Source of the DNA: an uncultured Actinomycetota bacterium
GTDB taxonomy: Bacteria; Actinomycetota; Actinomycetes; Mycobacteriales; Nakamurellaceae
Length of the DNA stretch: 64,000 bases
NCBI GenBank assembly: GCA_963834185.1
Contig: CAWIAR010000005.1
Span: 315,863-379,862, forward strand
Reading direction: 5' to 3'
Both the position numbers and the translations under genes were made by a program. The first letter of the stretch is position 1. Each line of letters begins with the position of its first letter. Of this stretch, positions 61,139 to 64,000 are shown piece by piece. The notes under the pieces are model-generated. The model ran no database searches. It had not been told where the DNA came from and was given only the letters and a program-made list of their open reading frames with translations.

Positions 61139-62602
61139 GTGTCCACCACGCATCCCGCCGACCCTGCGGCGAAGACCGCACCGCCGGAACCCGGCGCCAT
61201 CGCAGCGACCGGTCCGACCGGCCCAAGAAGCCGGCACGCGGCCGCGATCGGCCTGGCTGTGCTGCTCGTGGCGGTCGCGCTGCTGATCCGTTGGCCGCTG
61301 CGCAACGAGATGTCCGGTGACTACCGTTCGTTCGTCAGCCCTTGGTTCGACACACTCAACTCTTCAGGCTTCGCCGCCCTCGGCGAGTCGTTCTCCAACT
61401 ACAACCCGCCGTACCTGTACCTGCTGCTCGGTGCGACCACCCTGCCGGTGCCGAAGATCATTGCCATCAAAGTGGTCTCGGTGCTGTTCGACCTGCTGCT
61501 CGGGATGTCGGCGTACCTGCTGGTCAGCATGTCCGGCCGGGTCCGGCGCTGGGCGCCGCTGGCCGCGGCCGGGGCGATTCTGCTGGCCCCGACCGTAGTG
61601 ATCAACAGCGCGGACTGGGCCCAGTGCGACTCGATCTACGCGTCGTTGGCGCTGCTCTCGCTGTATCTGATGCTGCGCCGACGGCCGGTCTGGGCGGGCG
61701 TGCTGATCGGGGTGGCCATCGGCTTCAAGCTCCAGGCGGTGTTCATGCTGCCGGTCCTCGTGCTGGTCGCGGTGCACCAGCGGGTCACGTGGAAGCGTGC
61801 CGTGGCGGGGTGTCTGGCTGCGGCGGCGACGTTCGTGCTGCTGTTGCTGCCGGCCTGGCTGGCCGGCGCCTCCGTGTCGCAGTTGGCGTCCATCTATCCG
61901 GCACAGGTCAGCGGCGACGGCCCGACGGTCGGCGGCGGCGCCACCGGCGGCGGCCCGCAGGACGGTCGGAGTGGCGGCGGGTTCGGTAGTGGCGGTGATC
62001 TCCGCGGAGGCGGACGAGACGGAGGTGGCGGCACCCTTGGCGCAGGAGGCGGGTTCGGCGGCGGGCGATCGTCGGCGCCATATACCCAGAACGCGGCCAA
62101 CTTCTATCAGTGGTTGCCCTCCGACGCCGGAGTGTTCTGGACGTACGTGGGTTTCGCGCTGACGGCTACGGTCATCGTCGCGGCTATCGTCGTCGTGCTG
62201 CGGTATCGACGGGTGATGAGCCGGGCGTCGCTGGTCGTGCTGGGTGCGGCGGTGCTGGTGGCGATCCCGTTCCTGTTGCCGTCGATGCACGAGCGGTACT
62301 TCTACCTGGCGGACGCGCTGCTCATCGTCGGCGCGTTCTACCGGCCGCGGCTGGCGCCGTTCGCGGTGCTGGCCCAGCTGTGCTCGCTGGCCGCGTACGC
62401 GCCGTTCCTGTGGAGCACCACGCCGGTGCCGCTCGCGCTGGCCGCAGTCGGTGAGGCGGTGGTGCTGGCCGGTGCGATCTGGGTGGCGGCCACCTCCATC
62501 CGCGACGACCTGCGGACGGCGCAGGCTCAGGTCCCGCCGGCGGCGGCTGACACCACGCCAGGCGCTGATCGACAGGTCAGCGCGGGTCGCCTCGCTCGGT
62601 GA
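61139..62602 (+). CDS. GT-C (GT87/mannosyltransferase-like) membrane protein with Gly-rich loop
   Basis: [41 protein letters not shown]; GTG at 61139 is in frame with ORF 60989..62602. Confidence 0.82.
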   Translation: MSTTHPADPAAKTAPPEPGAIAATGPTGPRSRHAAAIGLAVLLVAVALLIRWPLRNEMSGDYRSFVSPWFDTLNSSGFAALGESFSNYNPPYLYLLLGATTLPVPKIIAIKVVSVLFDLLLGMSAYLLVSMSGRVRRWAPLAAAGAILLAPTVVINSADWAQCDSIYASLALLSLYLMLRRRPVWAGVLIGVAIGFKLQAVFMLPVLVLVAVHQRVTWKRAVAGCLAAAATFVLLLLPAWLAGASVSQLASIYPAQVSGDGPTVGGGATGGGPQDGRSGGGFGSGGDLRGGGRDGGGGTLGAGGGFGGGRSSAPYTQNAANFYQWLPSDAGVFWTYVGFALTATVIVAAIVVVLRYRRVMSRASLVVLGAAVLVAIPFLLPSMHERYFYLADALLIVGAFYRPRLAPFAVLAQLCSLAAYAPFLWSTTPVPLALAAVGEAVVLAGAIWVAATSIRDDLRTAQAQVPPAAADTTPGADRQVSAGRLAR

Positions 62603-63098
62603 TGAGCTTTTCGTGCTTGGCCAGCACCATTGCCTGCAGATCGTCGGCGTAGGCGGCGATCTCGCCGGCCAGGGCACGCCCCGCCGGATCCGGTGACGAG
62701 GCCAGGATCCGTACCGCGAGCAGTCCGGCGTTGGCGGCCCCACCGATGGACACCGTGGCGACCGGGATTCCGGTCGGCATCTGGACGATCGAGAGCAACG
62801 AGTCCAGCCCGTCCAACGTGGCCAGCGGCACCGGCACTCCGATCACCGGCAGCACCGTCGCGCTGGCCACCATCCCGGGCAGGTGCGCCGCGCCGCCGGC
62901 TCCGGCGATGATCACCCGCAGCCCGCGCTCGGCCGCGCCGGTCGCGTAGTCGAGCATCCGTTGCGGCGTCCGGTGCGCCGAGTAGACCCCGACCTCGTAG
63001 GCGATCCCGAAGTCGTCAAGGACGTCGCCTGCGGCCGACATCACCGACCAGTCCGAGTCGCTGCCCATGATCAATCCGACCTGCGGGTGCCCGGTCAT
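62577..63098 (-). CDS. purE: N5-carboxyaminoimidazole ribonucleotide mutase
   Basis: [42 protein letters not shown]. Confidence 0.97.
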   Translation of the reverse strand: MTGHPQVGLIMGSDSDWSVMSAAGDVLDDFGIAYEVGVYSAHRTPQRMLDYATGAAERGLRVIIAGAGGAAHLPGMVASATVLPVIGVPVPLATLDGLDSLLSIVQMPTGIPVATVSIGGAANAGLLAVRILASSPDPAGRALAGEIAAYADDLQAMVLAKHEKLITERGDPR

Positions 63099-64000
63099 CC
63101 CTGTCCCCTCGAAGCGTCGTCGCGGACCACCACGGAAGGCCGTCCGTCGCCGTGCACGCGGTACCCGTCGGGCCAGACGCCGTTGCCCAGCCAGGCGGCT
63201 GCGAGCTGTGCCTTGCGGCGCAGGTCCGCAAGGTCGGCGCCGAGCACGTTGACGTGGCCGAGCTTGCGGCCCGGCCGGAACCCCTTGCCGTACAGGTGGA
63301 CCTTGACGTCGGGGAACCGGGCGGCCAGATGATGCACGCGCTCGTCCATCCCGATGCTCTCCCCGGCCGGGTCGTCACCGCCGAGCACGTTGCCCATCAC
63401 GGTGAACGCGGCGAGCGGGGTGGTCCGGCCGAGCGGGTAGTCGAGCACCGCCCGCAGGTGCTGCTCGAACTGCCCGGTCACCGCACCGTCCATCGACCAG
63501 TGACCGGAGTTGTGCGGGCGCATGGCCAGCTCGTTGACCATCAGTCCGTCCGGGAAGGCGGACGTCGGCTCCACCTCGAACAATTCGACCGCGAGCACGC
63601 CGACCACGCCCAGGTGGCCGGCCAGTCGCAGCGCCAGCCGTTCGGCTGCGACGGCCACCGTCTCGGGCAGGTCCGGAGCCGGTGCGATCACCTCGACGCA
63701 GATGCCGCCGGTCTGCACCGTCTGCACCACCGGCCAGGCGGCGGCCTGACCGAACGGCGACCTGGCGACGACGGCGGCCAGTTCGCGTCGCATGTCGATG
63801 AACGGTTCCAGGACCAGGGCGCCGGCCCGGCTCAGCTCGTCAGCGGCACCGGAGACCGCTTCGGCGTCGGGAAGTACCCACACGCCGCGGCCGTCGTACC
63901 CGCCACGGGCCGACTTGGCGACCACCGGCCACCCGTGCTCGCCGCCGAACTGATCGACGGCCGTCGCGTCGAACGAGTCGAGTACGGCGAAGTGAGGCAC
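63095..64000 (-). CDS. purK: N5-carboxyaminoimidazole ribonucleotide synthase (5' partial)
   Basis: [41 protein letters not shown]. Confidence 0.96.
   Translation of the reverse strand: MPHFAVLDSFDATAVDQFGGEHGWPVVAKSARGGYDGRGVWVLPDAEAVSGAADELSRAGALVLEPFIDMRRELAAVVARSPFGQAAAWPVVQTVQTGGICVEVIAPAPDLPETVAVAAERLALRLAGHLGVVGVLAVELFEVEPTSAFPDGLMVNELAMRPHNSGHWSMDGAVTGQFEQHLRAVLDYPLGRTTPLAAFTVMGNVLGGDDPAGESIGMDERVHHLAARFPDVKVHLYGKGFRPGRKLGHVNVLGADLADLRRKAQLAAAWLGNGVWPDGYRVHGDGRPSVVVRDDASRGQG

Noticed and set aside
1-64000. CRISPR array, tRNA/rRNA, prophage, transposase or defence-system genes
   Set aside because: No regularly spaced repeats, RNA gene signatures or matching protein motifs were recognised.

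Overview
High-GC actinobacterial chromosome segment; gene order and protein families are reminiscent of Nakamurella-like taxa, which is an inference. The right end carries the conserved backbone purK-purE-acyl-CoA dehydrogenase-TIGR03089-LCP-rmlD. About 52 kb to its left is one large cell-envelope glycan locus. It contains rmlA and wbbL, two gmd paralogues, a perosamine synthase plus N-acetyltransferase module, Wzm/Wzt with a C-terminal carbohydrate-binding extension, and two FkbM methyltransferases with coiled-coil tails. It also has 10 GT4 genes, 3 GT2 genes, about 8 GT-C-like membrane proteins (one lies outside the block, next to purE), two UPF0104-type flippases, four further SAM methyltransferases, two SpoIID/LytB hydrolases, a CAP protein and two DUF4214-repeat proteins. 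The main hypothesis is an O-antigen-like, ABC-exported, methyl-capped N-acetylperosamine/D-rhamnose polymer in a monoderm, possibly the docking ligand for DUF4214-tailed secreted enzymes. Other observations are two copies of a 72-bp MIRU-like coding repeat inserted at GTGA start codons, two palindromic REP-like elements and many leaderless-type promoters. Many genes are split by single-base indels that look like sequencing or consensus errors, so their coordinates are approximate. No rRNA, tRNA, CRISPR array or transposase was recognised. All family calls come from motif recognition by eye, not database searches.
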